NCBI GenBank assembly: GCA_023246815.1
Contig: JAHFHR010000001.1
Span: 1-24,433, forward strand
DNA length: 24,433 nt
From: a bacterium
GTDB lineage: Bacteria; Patescibacteriota; Patescibacteriia; Buchananbacterales; UBA6539
Direction of reading: 5' to 3'
Shown: in pieces, positions 24,331-24,433 of the stretch
Layout of the letters: every line of letters begins with the position of its first letter
Numbering within the stretch: the first letter of the stretch is position 1
Made by a program: the position numbers and the translations under genes
The notes under the pieces: generated by a model
Told to the model about the DNA's origin: nothing
Seen by the model: only the letters and a program-made list of their open reading frames with translations
Databases searched by the model: none

Positions 24331-24419
24331 AGGAGGAGTTAAAAATTAACTTTTACAAACAGCAATTTACACTGACATTAAACTTGTTTTTTGATCCCGT
24401 GTAGGGATAAGGAAAAACA

Positions 24420-24433
24420 GTGGCATCTAAATT
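24420..24433 (+). CDS. Probable 5' end of a truncated CDS (MASK(L/F)…)
   Basis: GTG GCA TCT AAA TT preceded by AAGGA and ~85 nt downstream of a strong promoter; only 4.7 codons are visible. Confidence 0.35.

Noticed and set aside
1-24433. Stop-codon recoding (genetic code 25)
   Set aside because: TGA cleanly terminates several conserved genes (2328, 7828, 9269, 9517) and the long ORFs are intact in code 11.

Overview
Bacterial genomic window in standard code 11 (TGA ends several genes). A Patescibacteria/CPR (Parcubacteria-like) host is inferred, not proven, from the giant NATTT/ASTT-rich secreted protein, the short stand-alone MerR-type HTH and the scarcity of Shine-Dalgarno motifs. Layout: (1) 129-11819 (+) is a tightly coupled 11-gene envelope operon with three polytopic GT-C-like membrane proteins, a polyprenyl-phosphate GT2, GT4, GT2 and GT8, followed by an AcpS / acyl carrier protein / adenylate-forming ligase / LpxL-like acyltransferase module. 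(2) 11918-18446 (-) holds an excisionase-type HTH gene, a ~300-nt highly structured leader with mutually exclusive terminator and antiterminator helices (candidate unrecognised riboswitch or attenuator), a MerR-type HTH gene and a 1835-aa secreted repeat fibre protein with an internal Peptidase_S74 chaperone. (3) 18704-23034 (+) is an SxtJ-like / O-carbamoyltransferase / two SGNH cassette. (4) trmD. (5) A hairpin-dense small-ORF transcription unit (-), then a strong promoter and structured leader for a gene running off the right edge. Best leads: the structured leader at 17860-18131, the self-contained acyl-scavenging module, and the small-ORF locus. All structures, promoters and domains were assigned by eye; none has been checked by folding software or database search.
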